Both the position numbers and the translations under genes were made by a program. A DNA stretch of 58,849 nt, filler included, from an uncultured archaeon (GTDB taxonomy: Archaea > Nanobdellota > Nanobdellia > Woesearchaeales > CAIVOO01): assembly GCA_903842985.1 (NCBI GenBank). It is 5 parts of 5 records of this genome, joined end to end, with 100 filler letters (N's around TTAATTAATTAA, not from the genome) between each part and the next. Parts side by side here need not be neighbours in the genome. Positions count along the whole stretch, not along the records: positions 9,574 to 38,851 come from CAIMOB010000054.1; positions 38,952 to 41,109 come from CAIMOB010000055.1; positions 41,210 to 58,849 come from CAIMOB010000056.1; 2 more parts are not named here. One strand, 5' to 3'. Shown in pieces: positions 38,564 to 49,296 of this stretch (position 1 is its first letter; every line of letters starts with the position of its first letter). The notes beneath the pieces are model-generated. The model saw nothing but the letters and a program-made list of their open reading frames with translations. It did no database searches and was not told where the DNA came from.

Positions 38564-38851
38564 CTATTTGCTTTTGTAAATGCCTTTCAGCCCGCCCTCG
38601 AATTCTTCAAAAGCAGCCTGCGGAACGAACTTTTTTGAATATTTTAAAATCTGCTCAAGTGTTGGAGCTGATATTTTTTGCGACGCGCCTTCGGCGCCAC
38701 TGCGAACTACCCCAAGGAAACGGCCATAGTCGTCGAGGTTGTTGCTGCCAAAGAAGCCATTCCTGAGGCTGACGAGGAACAGCAACCGGCCCTGAGATTG
38801 TCCTGGATTTATGCTATCAAAAGTATGCCAGTTCCCATACTGTTCTGTATC
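38564..38851 (-). CDS. DGR target (variable) protein, C-terminal 95 aa, 5' truncated
   Basis: Frame open from the contig edge: DTEQYGNWHTFDSINPGQSQGRLLFLVSLRNGFFGSNNLDDYGRFLGVVRSGAEG...KSK*. Confidence 0.9.
   Translation of the reverse strand, partial: DTEQYGNWHTFDSINPGQSQGRLLFLVSLRNGFFGSNNLDDYGRFLGVVRSGAEGASQKISAPTLEQILKYSKKFVPQAAFEEFEGGLKGIYKSK
38685..38697 (-). promoter_or_regulatory. DGR cis-acting hairpin downstream of VR
   Basis: GCGCC-GAA-GGCGC, 9 nt past the VR 3' end. Confidence 0.7.
38707..38791 (-). repeat. DGR variable repeat (VR)
   Basis: 85 bp colinear with TR; 14 mismatches, all opposite TR adenines. Confidence 0.96.
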
Positions 38852-38951
38852 NNNNNNNNNNNNNNNNNNNNNNNNNNNNNNNNNNNNNNNNNNNNTTAAT
38901 TAATTAANNNNNNNNNNNNNNNNNNNNNNNNNNNNNNNNNNNNNNNNNNNN
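38852..38951. other. artificial contig linker
   Basis: N-run + TTAATTAATTAA + N-run. Confidence 0.98.
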
Positions 38952-38953
38952 AG

Positions 38954-40611
<1,658 letters not shown>

Positions 40612-40692
40612 CCCGCAAACAATTTCAAAACTTGTATTTAAGCATTTTCAAAAAGCAAAAAGTATTTAAAATGACTTTTAAATCCAAGTATT

Positions 40693-40971
40693 ATGAAGGA
40701 GATAACAGAAGCAAGACTGGAAAAGGAGTTCAAGCGAATGGAAGAAGCGTTTTCCAAGGTAAAAGTCAAAGAGACGAAATTAAAGGAGAAGGCAATAGAA
40801 TGTTTGGAGATGGCGAAGCGCTACCATGAAGATGCAAAGCATTTTAGGAAGAAAGGCGATTACGCTTCAGCATTCGGCGCACTGAACTATGCATTTGGCT
40901 GGCTTGACGCAGGCGCTGTCCTTGGCGTGTTTGAAGTGGACAGCAGCTCTGGCTTGTTTGTGGTTGATTAA
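40693..40971 (+). CDS. DUF357 family protein
   Basis: [12 protein letters not shown]...[15 protein letters not shown]. Confidence 0.88.
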   Translation: MKEITEARLEKEFKRMEEAFSKVKVKETKLKEKAIECLEMAKRYHEDAKHFRKKGDYASAFGALNYAFGWLDAGAVLGVFEVDSSSGLFVVD

Positions 40972-41108
40972 TCTTTTAAAACTTGTTTAAGATAGCTTTC
41001 TATCGGCACTGACCTTTCAATCATCCCTTCAAGCATCTGCAGGTAAATGTCGCTCACATTCTTGCTATGGATGATTGTGCCGGGCGTAGCCCCTTCGTGT
41101 ATCATTGA
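40968..41108 (-). CDS. 3' fragment of a gene, possibly the C-terminus of a TrmB-like regulator
   Basis: Open frame [46 protein letters not shown] from the contig edge. Confidence 0.4.
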   Translation of the reverse strand, partial: SMIHEGATPGTIIHSKNVSDIYLQMLEGMIERSVPIESYLKQVLKD

Positions 41109-41109
41109 A

Positions 41110-41209
41110 NNNNNNNNNNNNNNNNNNNNNNNNNNNNNNNNNNNNNNNNNNNNTTAATTAATTAANNNNNNNNNNNNNNNNNNNNNNNNNNNNNNNNNNN
41201 NNNNNNNNN
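41110..41209. other. artificial contig linker
   Basis: N-run + TTAATTAATTAA + N-run. Confidence 0.98.
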
Positions 41210-41270
41210 ATTTAGGGATAGAAATAACGTAAGAAGAACTTCCAAAACTAATTAGTTTTCTTGACTCCAA
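41210..41270 (-). CDS. 5' fragment of an AbrB-domain/PhoU-type archaeal phosphate regulator
   Basis: TTG start after SD GGGGGT; MESRKLISFGSSSYVISIPK matches the AbrB N-terminus. Confidence 0.65.
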
Positions 41271-41370
41271 TTTACCCCCAACGTATATACAATATATAGA
41301 ATAACTTATTATATAAAGTTTTCTATATTTTACTATATAAATCAAAAAAATTACGAAAGAGGTGGTCAGA

Positions 41371-41487
41371 ATGAGAATTGTGCGTATATTTCAAAAAAAG
41401 AAAGTTGAAGATATATACACAGAAGACGAGCTTCTTTCAGCTGATGAGAGAAGTTTCATAAGCAAATGGGAGAGCAAGAAAGAATAG
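41371..41487 (+). CDS. 38-aa hypothetical protein
   Basis: SD GAGGTG; MRIVRIFQKKKVEDIYTEDELLSADERSFISKWESKKE. Confidence 0.45.
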   Translation: MRIVRIFQKKKVEDIYTEDELLSADERSFISKWESKKE

Positions 41488-41530
41488 ATTTCTGGAAAGA
41501 TTTTTAAATATCTGTTGAATACATGCAGTT

Positions 41531-41758
41531 ATGTTCTTCAGAAAGAAAAAAGGCAGGCTGGAAATCATATATGAAAAGGAACTGCACAAAAGGGACAGCG
41601 AGATTCAAGACCTTGCGAGAAAGAATGAACTTCTTTTGAAAACCGCAATGAAACAATCTGCTTCTGCAAACGAATGGAAAGAGTATGCGCAGAAGATGGA
41701 AAAGCATATCAGGCGCCTTGAAGAGGAGATAAAGGATTTGAAGAGAGCAAAAAGTTAA
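41531..41758 (+). CDS. small coiled-coil protein
   Basis: MFFRKKKG followed by a continuous heptad pattern. Confidence 0.6.
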   Translation: MFFRKKKGRLEIIYEKELHKRDSEIQDLARKNELLLKTAMKQSASANEWKEYAQKMEKHIRRLEEEIKDLKRAKS

Positions 41759-41784
41759 TAAACAGAAGCTTCTAGAATTGGTAT

Positions 41785-43476
41785 ATGGATGAGTTTAAAA
41801 AAGAGATAGTGAGACTTGTAAGCAAGAAGTACCCTATCTCAGATTCTATGCTGGAAACGCCTCCTGATGAAAAGCTTGGCGACTTTGCGCTGCCCTGCTT
41901 TGGGCTTGCAAAAGAGGCGAAAAAAGACCCTAAAATCATTGCTGAAGAGATTGCAGATGAGGCAAAGGAATCTGAGCTTATCAAGGAAGTCAGGGCTGTT
42001 GGCCCCTATGTCAATTTTTTTGTGAAAAAGGACAAGCTTTCTGAGCTTGTCCTGCCGAATGTTGTCAAGCTTAAGAACGACTACGGCAAATCACTGATTG
42101 GGAAAGATAAGATGATTGTAGTTGAGTTCTCTGCTCCGAACACGAACAAGCCGCAGCATCTCGGGCACATAAGAAATAATCTGCTTGGAATGAGCTTTTC
42201 AAATATTCTCGAGTTTTCTGGTCACAAAACAATAAGAGTCAATTTCATAAATGACAGAGGAATACATATCTGCAAGTCGATGCTCGCTTACAAGAAATGG
42301 GGAAATGACCGCGAGCCTGATGTGAAATCTGATCATTTTGTCGGTAACTTCTATGTTATGTTCAACCTAAATGCACAGGATAAGCCAGAGCTTGAAGATG
42401 AAGCAAAGGAGATGCTGAAAAAATGGGAGGAAGGCGACAAGGAGACACTTGCTTTGTGGAGAAAGATGAACAACTGGGTCTATAAGGGATTTAATGATAC
42501 TTATGAAAAACTGGGCATAAGGTTTGACAATACATATTATGAATCTGAGATTTATGAAAAAGGAAAGAAGAGGATTATCGAATGGCTTGAGAAAGGAATT
42601 TTCAAGAAAACAGACGATGGCGCAATCTACGCCCCGCTCCAGGATTTTAACCTGCCTGACAAGATTTTGATAAGGTCGGACGGGACATCGCTTTACATTG
42701 TTTCTGACATCGAGCTTGCGAAGATAAGGTTTGACGAGTACAAGATGGACAAGCTTGTCTATGTTGTGGCATCAGAGCAGAATGCTTATTTTCAGCAGCT
42801 TTTCAAGGTATTTGACCTGATTGGATATGAGTTTACAAACAAATGCTTCCATATGAGCTACGGCATGGTTTTTCTTCCTGAAGGCAAAATGAAGTCAAGG
42901 GAGGGGAATGTTGTTGATGCAGATGATTTAATGGATGAGATTATCGAGCTTTCAAGAGAGGACTTGAAAAAAAGATATGAAGGGCTGAGCGACATCGAAA
43001 TAGAGAAAAGGGCAAAGGCAATTGGGATTGGCGCATTAAAATTCTTCATGCTGAAGCATGACCATCTGAAAGATATGAATTACAATCCAAAGGAATCCAT
43101 ATCATTTGAAGGTGAAACAGGCCCTTATGTGCAGTACGCATACGCGAGAATCAGCTCGATAGTGAATAAATTCGGAAAAATCCTTGACAAGGCGGATTAT
43201 TCCCTGCTGAGGGCAGAGGAAGAGAAAAAACTGGTGAAATTAATTGCGGATTTCCCTGAGGCAGTTGAGGAAAGCGCAAGGAACTGCAGACCAGAGGTTG
43301 TTGCAAGGTATCTTCTGGATTTGAGCCATGCGTTCAATGAGTTTTATCAGGCGTGCCAGGTGCTTGCCGAAGATGAGGAGCTGAAGAAATCAAGAATTCT
43401 TTTGATTAACTGCGTCAGGCAGGTTTTGAAGAACGGGCTTGGATTGCTGGGAATTGAATGCCTGGATGAAATGTAA
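41785..43476 (+). CDS. argS: arginyl-tRNA synthetase
   Basis: VEFSAPNTNKPQHLGHIRN, GKMKSREG, GETGPYVQYAYAR. Confidence 0.97.
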   Translation: MDEFKKEIVRLVSKKYPISDSMLETPPDEKLGDFALPCFGLAKEAKKDPKIIAEEIADEAKESELIKEVRAVGPYVNFFVKKDKLSELVLPNVVKLKNDYGKSLIGKDKMIVVEFSAPNTNKPQHLGHIRNNLLGMSFSNILEFSGHKTIRVNFINDRGIHICKSMLAYKKWGNDREPDVKSDHFVGNFYVMFNLNAQDKPELEDEAKEMLKKWEEGDKETLALWRKMNNWVYKGFNDTYEKLGIRFDNTYYESEIYEKGKKRIIEWLEKGIFKKTDDGAIYAPLQDFNLPDKILIRSDGTSLYIVSDIELAKIRFDEYKMDKLVYVVASEQNAYFQQLFKVFDLIGYEFTNKCFHMSYGMVFLPEGKMKSREGNVVDADDLMDEIIELSREDLKKRYEGLSDIEIEKRAKAIGIGALKFFMLKHDHLKDMNYNPKESISFEGETGPYVQYAYARISSIVNKFGKILDKADYSLLRAEEEKKLVKLIADFPEAVEESARNCRPEVVARYLLDLSHAFNEFYQACQVLAEDEELKKSRILLINCVRQVLKNGLGLLGIECLDEM

Positions 43477-43478
43477 AA

Positions 43479-44225
43479 ATGAAAATCCTAAAAATACCTT
43501 ATTCAGCAGGCTGTCTTGGAAAAAATATCGGAACAGAGAAGGCGCCTGATGCTGTTCTTGCAGAGCTGAACAACCTGTTTGTGAATGAAAGCAAGAAAAG
43601 CAGGTTTGTTGAAGCTGAGAATGTTGAAGTTGACAATTCAAACATCAGCGTTTCGCAGGAAAAAATAAGAAAAGCTGTGAAAGAAGGGCTTGTGATTGGC
43701 GGGGACCATTCAATAACATATTCTGCATTCAAGGGCTCTGGCTGCGATGGCCTATTGATTTTAGATGCGCACGCTGACTGCATGGAAGGGACAGATGCAG
43801 TAACTCATGAGGATTTTGCAAGGAAGCTTGTTGATGAAGGCGCGAAAGTGGTTCTTGCAGGTGTTCGTGACTTGCACAGGCAGGAGCTTGATTTTATCCA
43901 GCAGAAGAAGATACTGTGCTTTACAATGAAAGAGATTTTCGAGCTTGGCATAAAGGAATTCTGCGATGCTGTTATGGAAAACTGCAGGCAGTTCAAGTCA
44001 TTGTATCTTTCTATTGACATTGATGTTGCTGACCCTGCATTTGCGCCAGGCACTGGCTATACTGTTGCAGGCGGATTGAGCTCAAGGGAATTGATTTATC
44101 TTGTGCAGAGGCTGAAGCTTCTGAAGAATCTGAAGGTTGTAGATATTGTTGAAGTGAACCCAAAGAAGGACAGGGATAACATTACTGTGAAATTGGCTGC
44201 TAAGATTGTGAATGAGTTATTCTAA
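43479..44225 (+). CDS. arginase/agmatinase family ureohydrolase
   Basis: GGDHSIT, DAHAD, SIDIDVADPAFAPGTG, VEVNP. Confidence 0.92.
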   Translation: MKILKIPYSAGCLGKNIGTEKAPDAVLAELNNLFVNESKKSRFVEAENVEVDNSNISVSQEKIRKAVKEGLVIGGDHSITYSAFKGSGCDGLLILDAHADCMEGTDAVTHEDFARKLVDEGAKVVLAGVRDLHRQELDFIQQKKILCFTMKEIFELGIKEFCDAVMENCRQFKSLYLSIDIDVADPAFAPGTGYTVAGGLSSRELIYLVQRLKLLKNLKVVDIVEVNPKKDRDNITVKLAAKIVNELF

Positions 44226-44292
44226 TTTATTTCAATATTGAAAATAATTCTGATGGCAAAAATTTATAAACAAGGCAACTAAAAGCAGGTAT

Positions 44293-44487
44293 ATGGGACG
44301 CGTAAAAACCACAAAGATAAAGCGTGCAACACAGGAGATATTTAGCAGGCACAAGGATGAGATTAGCACTGACTTTAGTGAAAACAAGGAAAAACTCAAG
44401 CAGATGGCTGGGTTTCAGTCAAAGAAGATCAGGAACATTGTCGCAGGTTACTTGACTAGACTAGCGAAAACAAAAGAGAAGATTTAG
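44293..44487 (+). CDS. rps17e: 30S ribosomal protein S17e
   Basis: MGRVKT..IKR, DF.ENK, SKKIRN.VAGY.TR. Confidence 0.95.
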   Translation: MGRVKTTKIKRATQEIFSRHKDEISTDFSENKEKLKQMAGFQSKKIRNIVAGYLTRLAKTKEKI

Positions 44488-44504
44488 AAACTGGGGGGAT
44501 TTGA

Positions 44505-44789
44505 ATGGGGAACGACGACAATTCAATGTTTATTGGTGGTAAGCCCTTCATGAATTATGTCACTGGGGTTGTGATGCAGTTCACGACAAAAGGAGCAAGC
44601 GAAGTGATTATTAAGGCAAGAGGAAAGTTCATCAACAGGGCTGTTGATGTTGCAGAAGTTGTAAGGAAAAGATTTATGGCAGACCAGGTTGATGTGAAGG
44701 AGATAGTGGTTGATTCTGAGGAATTCAAGAACAAGGAAGGCAGAAACGTAAGAGTCTCCACAATCGAAGTGACGCTGAAGAAGAAATAA
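44505..44789 (+). CDS. albA: DNA/RNA-binding protein Alba
   Basis: IG.KPFMNYV, IKARGKFINRAVDVAE, VSTIEV. Confidence 0.95.
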   Translation: MGNDDNSMFIGGKPFMNYVTGVVMQFTTKGASEVIIKARGKFINRAVDVAEVVRKRFMADQVDVKEIVVDSEEFKNKEGRNVRVSTIEVTLKKK

Positions 44790-44871
44790 GATTTATTTTT
44801 CTCTATTCCTTTATGAGATGTAACTATTCTAGAATATAAATATTTATAAAAATAGAACTCCTATTGATTAC

Positions 44872-45648
44872 ATGGAAGATAAATCATTAGCTGTAAAAGT
44901 AAACAATACATGGTATTGGTTGGGCATATTCAATTCATATTCTGCTGCTGATCAAGTAAGGCAGGAATTTTTTAACAAAAATAGAAAAAAGATGATAAAG
45001 GAGCGTCTGTGGGAAGAAGAAGACAAGGTGTTTGATGTTCTGTATGTTAACAATCACCCATATGGTGAGGTAGTTTATTTTGAAGACAAGTCTGGAACAA
45101 AGATTCATCCAGATATTTCTGAAAATTTTGAGATTCCAAAAAAACCAGAAAAGGACGACCCACAGTCTGATATACACGCAGAAAGGGATTTATCGCTACT
45201 TGTTAAATTAGACAGAAAGTGGTATTTTATTGAAAATTTTCCAAATTTTGAGGATGCCTACTGGTTTGCAAATACATTATGGAATTGGAATGATTTGCCT
45301 AAATTAAATGAGAAAGTAATTGGGCATATAGGACAAAAGAGGCGAATCGATTCTTTTGATGTAGCAAATGTGGTCTCTTCGGCAAATCCTGAAGGAGTTA
45401 TCTATTCTCCAACTAGAATAAATGTACAAGTTGGAGGAAGAACCCATCCTCTTGTACTAGACTCACTTCAATACCCAGCAGACATTAATTTAAAAAATCC
45501 AAGTGAAGCAGAAAAAAAAAGATTATATGAGATTGAGCTGTCAGAATCATTTTTCGAGACGGATTTGCCAAGAACAATTGGCTATAAATTAGAACACTAT
45601 TTTGCACTGCTTTCGAAAGAATTTCTGGCAGGGGAATTTATTAAATAA
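44872..45648 (+). CDS. hypothetical protein with an internal duplication
   Basis: SLAVKVNNTWYWLGIF vs SLLVKLDRKWYFIENF; own TATA (TTTATAA). Confidence 0.65.
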   Translation: MEDKSLAVKVNNTWYWLGIFNSYSAADQVRQEFFNKNRKKMIKERLWEEEDKVFDVLYVNNHPYGEVVYFEDKSGTKIHPDISENFEIPKKPEKDDPQSDIHAERDLSLLVKLDRKWYFIENFPNFEDAYWFANTLWNWNDLPKLNEKVIGHIGQKRRIDSFDVANVVSSANPEGVIYSPTRINVQVGGRTHPLVLDSLQYPADINLKNPSEAEKKRLYEIELSESFFETDLPRTIGYKLEHYFALLSKEFLAGEFIK

Positions 45649-45676
45649 ACTTTTATAAAGCCTGTTTCCTCTAATC

Positions 45677-46612
45677 TTATTTTGTTTGTTTTTTATCCTC
45701 AAACCAAGGCGCAGCTCCGTTAGGCAGCTGCTCATACCATTTCTGGACATAAGATGCGAGCGTCCAGCCGCTAAAACAAAATTCAACTTTGTTATGAGGT
45801 TCGATGTGCCCAGGGCACAGCATTGTGTTCCTGTGCAACCCTCTCTCAGGCTCATCCAATTCATCCAGTCTTTTGCAGCCTTCGCCTTGGCAGGAAACTC
45901 TGGTGAATAGCGGCCTAAGGTTAAGCCTTTTCAGCACTGTTTCAAGCGGCAAAACCATTCTCTCATCAGACAGGATTGCGTAGCAGATATCGTTTGCCAC
46001 AAAAGTCGGTTCTTCCTCCTCAAACAGTTTAGAAAGATGCAAATATTCTTTATACTCTCCACCATAAATTTCAGCACATTCTGGCGTAAGCAACCCTTCT
46101 GAGTCAAATGCAAAATTGGGTACAGGATTGGATGGCATTTTCTCGTAAAAACATCTTTCCCTTATTCCGGAAAGGCCATCAACAATTTCAAAAGATTCTA
46201 TAAAACTTGGCTTAAGGTATTTTGTGGTTATTTGCGCACACCTCAATCTCCCGCCAATATCCTCAATTGTGCCCTTGTGCTTACTGTCCCGCGGGCAGGA
46301 TTCATAATGAATATGCGGGAGGGCGAGTTCTTTATAACCCAACTCTTCTGGCCTAAAAAGGGTCTGAAAATTATCTTCATTTTGCTGCATCCAGCTTTTA
46401 ATGAAATCACGCATTCCTCTGATGCCCATCATATACATTACTGTTGTCTCGCTTCCCCATCTGCAGCTGTCGAGGCAGGCGCCCAAGTACTGCCCTTTCA
46501 TATTGCCGTCCAGAAGAAATTTTACCTGATTAATCGGCTCTTTCTTTTCCTTAAAAAGAAAGGGTGACTTGTTTTCCATCTCTCTAAAAACAGCGCATAT
46601 GTCCTGTGCCAT
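45677..46612 (-). CDS. hypothetical Cys/His-rich protein
   Basis: 311-aa ORF; CPRDSKH, CQGEGC...LCPGH. Confidence 0.65.
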   Translation of the reverse strand: MAQDICAVFREMENKSPFLFKEKKEPINQVKFLLDGNMKGQYLGACLDSCRWGSETTVMYMMGIRGMRDFIKSWMQQNEDNFQTLFRPEELGYKELALPHIHYESCPRDSKHKGTIEDIGGRLRCAQITTKYLKPSFIESFEIVDGLSGIRERCFYEKMPSNPVPNFAFDSEGLLTPECAEIYGGEYKEYLHLSKLFEEEEPTFVANDICYAILSDERMVLPLETVLKRLNLRPLFTRVSCQGEGCKRLDELDEPERGLHRNTMLCPGHIEPHNKVEFCFSGWTLASYVQKWYEQLPNGAAPWFEDKKQTK

Positions 46613-46666
46613 GCAAAACCGAATTGAAATAAAAAATATAAGCTTTTCTGTAAGAAAATAATTTAT

Positions 46667-47293
46667 TTATAAGCTTAACTCCCTCAAAACTCTTGCAGGA
46701 TTCTTCGCTTTTACAACTCCAGATGCTACAAGAACTCCCTTCGCTCCCAGCTTCAGCGCTATCTTCACATCCTCTCCTGTATGCACGCCTGCACCGCAGA
46801 GAACAGGCACTTTTGACTTCTTCACAGCATCAGAAATCAAGCTTGGCCTTGCAGTTGACACTGAAATCTTGCCGCCAATCAATTCAGGCGGCTCAATTGC
46901 GATAAAATCAGGCTTCAGCCTTGAAAGCCTGCCTGCTTCTTCTGCTGTTTTCGCGCAGACAATTGTTTTTAATCTGATTTTCTTGCATCTCTGCACAAGT
47001 TTCTTCAGAACATCAAATTTCAGCCGATGCTCAGAATGATTCAGCAAGGTGCCTTTCGCGCCCTCCGCCTCGACATCTTCTGGAAGAATGAATCCTGTGA
47101 ACTGCCCGTAGTCAACCAAATCAACATGCTGGGCAAAAACAGGAATTTTTATTTTTTTTGCAAGATAAAGGTCAGCTGCCTGCACGCAGATAATTGAATT
47201 CCTGAATCTGCTGCATATCTTTGCAAGCTTTAGGGCATTCGCGCCTGTCGCCTCTTTGTATGTCTTGAAGTTGACAACCACCAGGGGTTTCAT
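46667..47293 (-). CDS. tpiA: triosephosphate isomerase (archaeal type)
   Basis: VNFKTY, AQHVD, LLNHSEHR, IEPPELIG, GVLVASG. Confidence 0.96.
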   Translation of the reverse strand: MKPLVVVNFKTYKEATGANALKLAKICSRFRNSIICVQAADLYLAKKIKIPVFAQHVDLVDYGQFTGFILPEDVEAEGAKGTLLNHSEHRLKFDVLKKLVQRCKKIRLKTIVCAKTAEEAGRLSRLKPDFIAIEPPELIGGKISVSTARPSLISDAVKKSKVPVLCGAGVHTGEDVKIALKLGAKGVLVASGVVKAKNPARVLRELSL

Positions 47294-47310
47294 AAGAAGA
47301 ACTTTCTGCT

Positions 47311-48036
47311 TCAGAGTTTAAAAAACTTTTCTTTTTGTACAGCGAGCCCTATGACTGAAACAATAAATGCAATCAGCGAAGTTGCTATTGTAGTCAGGAA
47401 CAGCCTCACGCTGAAATCATAGAAAAGATCCTCTGAATAAATTGTAGTCAGCGCGCCGGGCGGAAGAATCCAGTAGTTGTTATGGAAAAGCAGTTTGTGG
47501 AACCAGACAAATGAGAGGTCAAATGGAAGCAGCGCAATCACAGCCACAATAATTATCGAAAATATTGAGCCGAAAAAAAGAACTTTCATGAATTTATGCA
47601 GGAACCGTCTTCCTGAGAGGATAAGCAGCAGGATTGTCAGCAGCAGGAAAAGCCCGGCAATAACTTCCAGCGAAAGCGTGAAATAATGCGAAAGGTATCT
47701 CACATCCCTAAGATGTGCAAGCTCAATCTCTGAAAAAATGCTTTCATCCAGCGCCCCTTTTGAATTCAGGTAAGCCAGCAGATTGTCATTTATCCCCTCT
47801 GCATCAGGGTAGGAAATGTAAACGTCGTATTTTGAAAATTCCCTGTGATAAAAATTATTGTTATTCGCAAGAAACTTGAAATTATCCAGCAGGATAAGCA
47901 ATGGTAAAAGAATTAGGAGGATTACAACCAGAGTATTAAAAGACCTTAACTTTTTATTAATCTTTTTAGCTGGTTTAGCTCTCTTTAATTTTTTATGAAT
48001 CTTTCTAACTGGTTTCTTAGCTCTCTTTTTGTGCAT
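47311..48036 (-). CDS. integral membrane protein (TIGR01906/DUF1461-like)
   Basis: ELAHLRDVR, F..FHKLLF.NNYW motifs; Lys-rich N-terminus. Confidence 0.75.
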   Translation of the reverse strand: MHKKRAKKPVRKIHKKLKRAKPAKKINKKLRSFNTLVVILLILLPLLILLDNFKFLANNNNFYHREFSKYDVYISYPDAEGINDNLLAYLNSKGALDESIFSEIELAHLRDVRYLSHYFTLSLEVIAGLFLLLTILLLILSGRRFLHKFMKVLFFGSIFSIIIVAVIALLPFDLSFVWFHKLLFHNNYWILPPGALTTIYSEDLFYDFSVRLFLTTIATSLIAFIVSVIGLAVQKEKFFKL

Positions 48037-48299
48037 AGTTTTTCAATCCTTGCAGTCGGCCTGCCGTTTGTGAAAATCATTATTGAAGGTATTGAAGCCA
48101 CCCCAAATTTCTTTGCAATGACAGGGTTTGAATTGATTTCTGATTCAATGAATTTTGCCTTTCCCCTAAACTCATCAGAAAGCTGCTTGTACGGCTCTTC
48201 CAATGCCCTGCTGTCAGTGCTCCATAATGAATAGAACTTCACTACAGCTATGCCTGCTGCAGCATCTTTTTCAAAATTTTTGTCAGTCAGCACAGGCAT
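47985..48299 (-). CDS. thioredoxin-fold protein lacking CxxC
   Basis: LTDKNF, VVKFYSLWSTDSR, FGVASIPS (cis-Pro). Confidence 0.8.
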   Translation of the reverse strand: MPVLTDKNFEKDAAAGIAVVKFYSLWSTDSRALEEPYKQLSDEFRGKAKFIESEINSNPVIAKKFGVASIPSIMIFTNGRPTARIEKLCTKRELRNQLERFIKN

Positions 48300-48324
48300 A
48301 TATGAAGTTGAGAAGAGGAATTAT

Positions 48325-49134
48325 TTAAATTTTTCGGCATTTGCAGCGCGTATAATGGAATAGGTACTGCTGAGCATAGCCTGCATAGCTTCCAAAGTAT
48401 CTCTGGGAGAAGTCCCTCATCTGAGGTATATTTTCCTTTTTGTAGCGCTGCTTCATTAGTCTTTCAAGCCAGACATCAACAGGGAACGCATTCAGGAATT
48501 CGAGCGAGTAGAGCAGGATGCAGTCAGCAACCTTGTGTCCAACTCCTGGAAATTTAATCAACTCGGTTTTTGCATACTCATAAGTGAGCTTTTTCAGAGC
48601 TTTCAGCTTTTTTTCATCAGCCATCTTGTTTATCTTAAACAAATATCTGTCCCTGAAGCCCACTCCGCACTTTCTTATTCTCTTTAAGTTGTTCAGGCTT
48701 CCTGGATTTGGAAATGTGTAAGTCCTGTAGCTTCCCAATGCAATTTTCCTGCCAAACGCCTTTGAAAGATTGTTAAGATTGCGTCTTATCTGCGGGATGT
48801 TTGAGCGGGCGGAGCAGACAAATGAAATCAGCGCTTCCCAGGGGTCGTATCTTACTATTCTCAGCCCCCTGCTGAACTTGACTGCATCTTTTATGTATGC
48901 ATCCTTGCTTATTGTCCTTATTATTTTATTATAATCATCATCCAGCCTGAAGAAATGCTTTATGAAACTCTCTGAAGCGCCGTTGAACTTTAATTTGCTT
49001 CCCTCCTGCTTCACCCTGAATAATTTGTCTCTTGCAACAACATAGTACCAGCCGTCGACCAGCTGCCATCTAAATAACTGCCCGCATTCGACTGTCTCCT
49101 TCAGGTTGAAGTCCTTTATTTTGATTTGAGCCAT
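48325..49134 (-). CDS. 8-oxoguanine DNA glycosylase (OGG1-like)
   Basis: TVECGQLFRW, DPWEALISFVCS, FPGVGHKVADC, FPVDVW, AGYAQQYLF. Confidence 0.92.
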   Translation of the reverse strand: MAQIKIKDFNLKETVECGQLFRWQLVDGWYYVVARDKLFRVKQEGSKLKFNGASESFIKHFFRLDDDYNKIIRTISKDAYIKDAVKFSRGLRIVRYDPWEALISFVCSARSNIPQIRRNLNNLSKAFGRKIALGSYRTYTFPNPGSLNNLKRIRKCGVGFRDRYLFKINKMADEKKLKALKKLTYEYAKTELIKFPGVGHKVADCILLYSLEFLNAFPVDVWLERLMKQRYKKENIPQMRDFSQRYFGSYAGYAQQYLFHYTRCKCRKI

Positions 49135-49286
49135 TTTATCAGCGGAAACGCAATGATTGCAACAAGCGCAACAATCAGCCAGAACGCAAGGGGCTTGTAA
49201 TGCAGTATCGAAAATAGAATTAGATTCAATACCAATATGGTTACCGCAACCAGTCCAACTGCCTTTATTATGTTTTCGCGCTTCAT
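49116..49286 (-). CDS. 56-aa two-TM protein (not in the ORF track)
   Basis: MKRENIIKAVGLVAVTILVLNLILFSILHYKPLAFWLIVALVAIIAFPLIKWLKSK. Confidence 0.55.
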   Translation of the reverse strand: MKRENIIKAVGLVAVTILVLNLILFSILHYKPLAFWLIVALVAIIAFPLIKWLKSK

Positions 49287-49296
49287 TTTAAAGAAG

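Larger units (their letters stand above)
37274..38851 (-). mobile_element. diversity-generating retroelement (target-VR / TR / RT), 5' truncated by gap
   Basis: DGR-type RT plus a TR/VR pair with adenine-specific mismatches. Confidence 0.96.

Noticed and set aside
41280..41345. AT-rich imperfect inverted repeat upstream of the AbrB/PhoU-like gene
   Set aside because: Could be an operator, but low-complexity TATA-rich DNA between divergent promoters gives such matches by chance.
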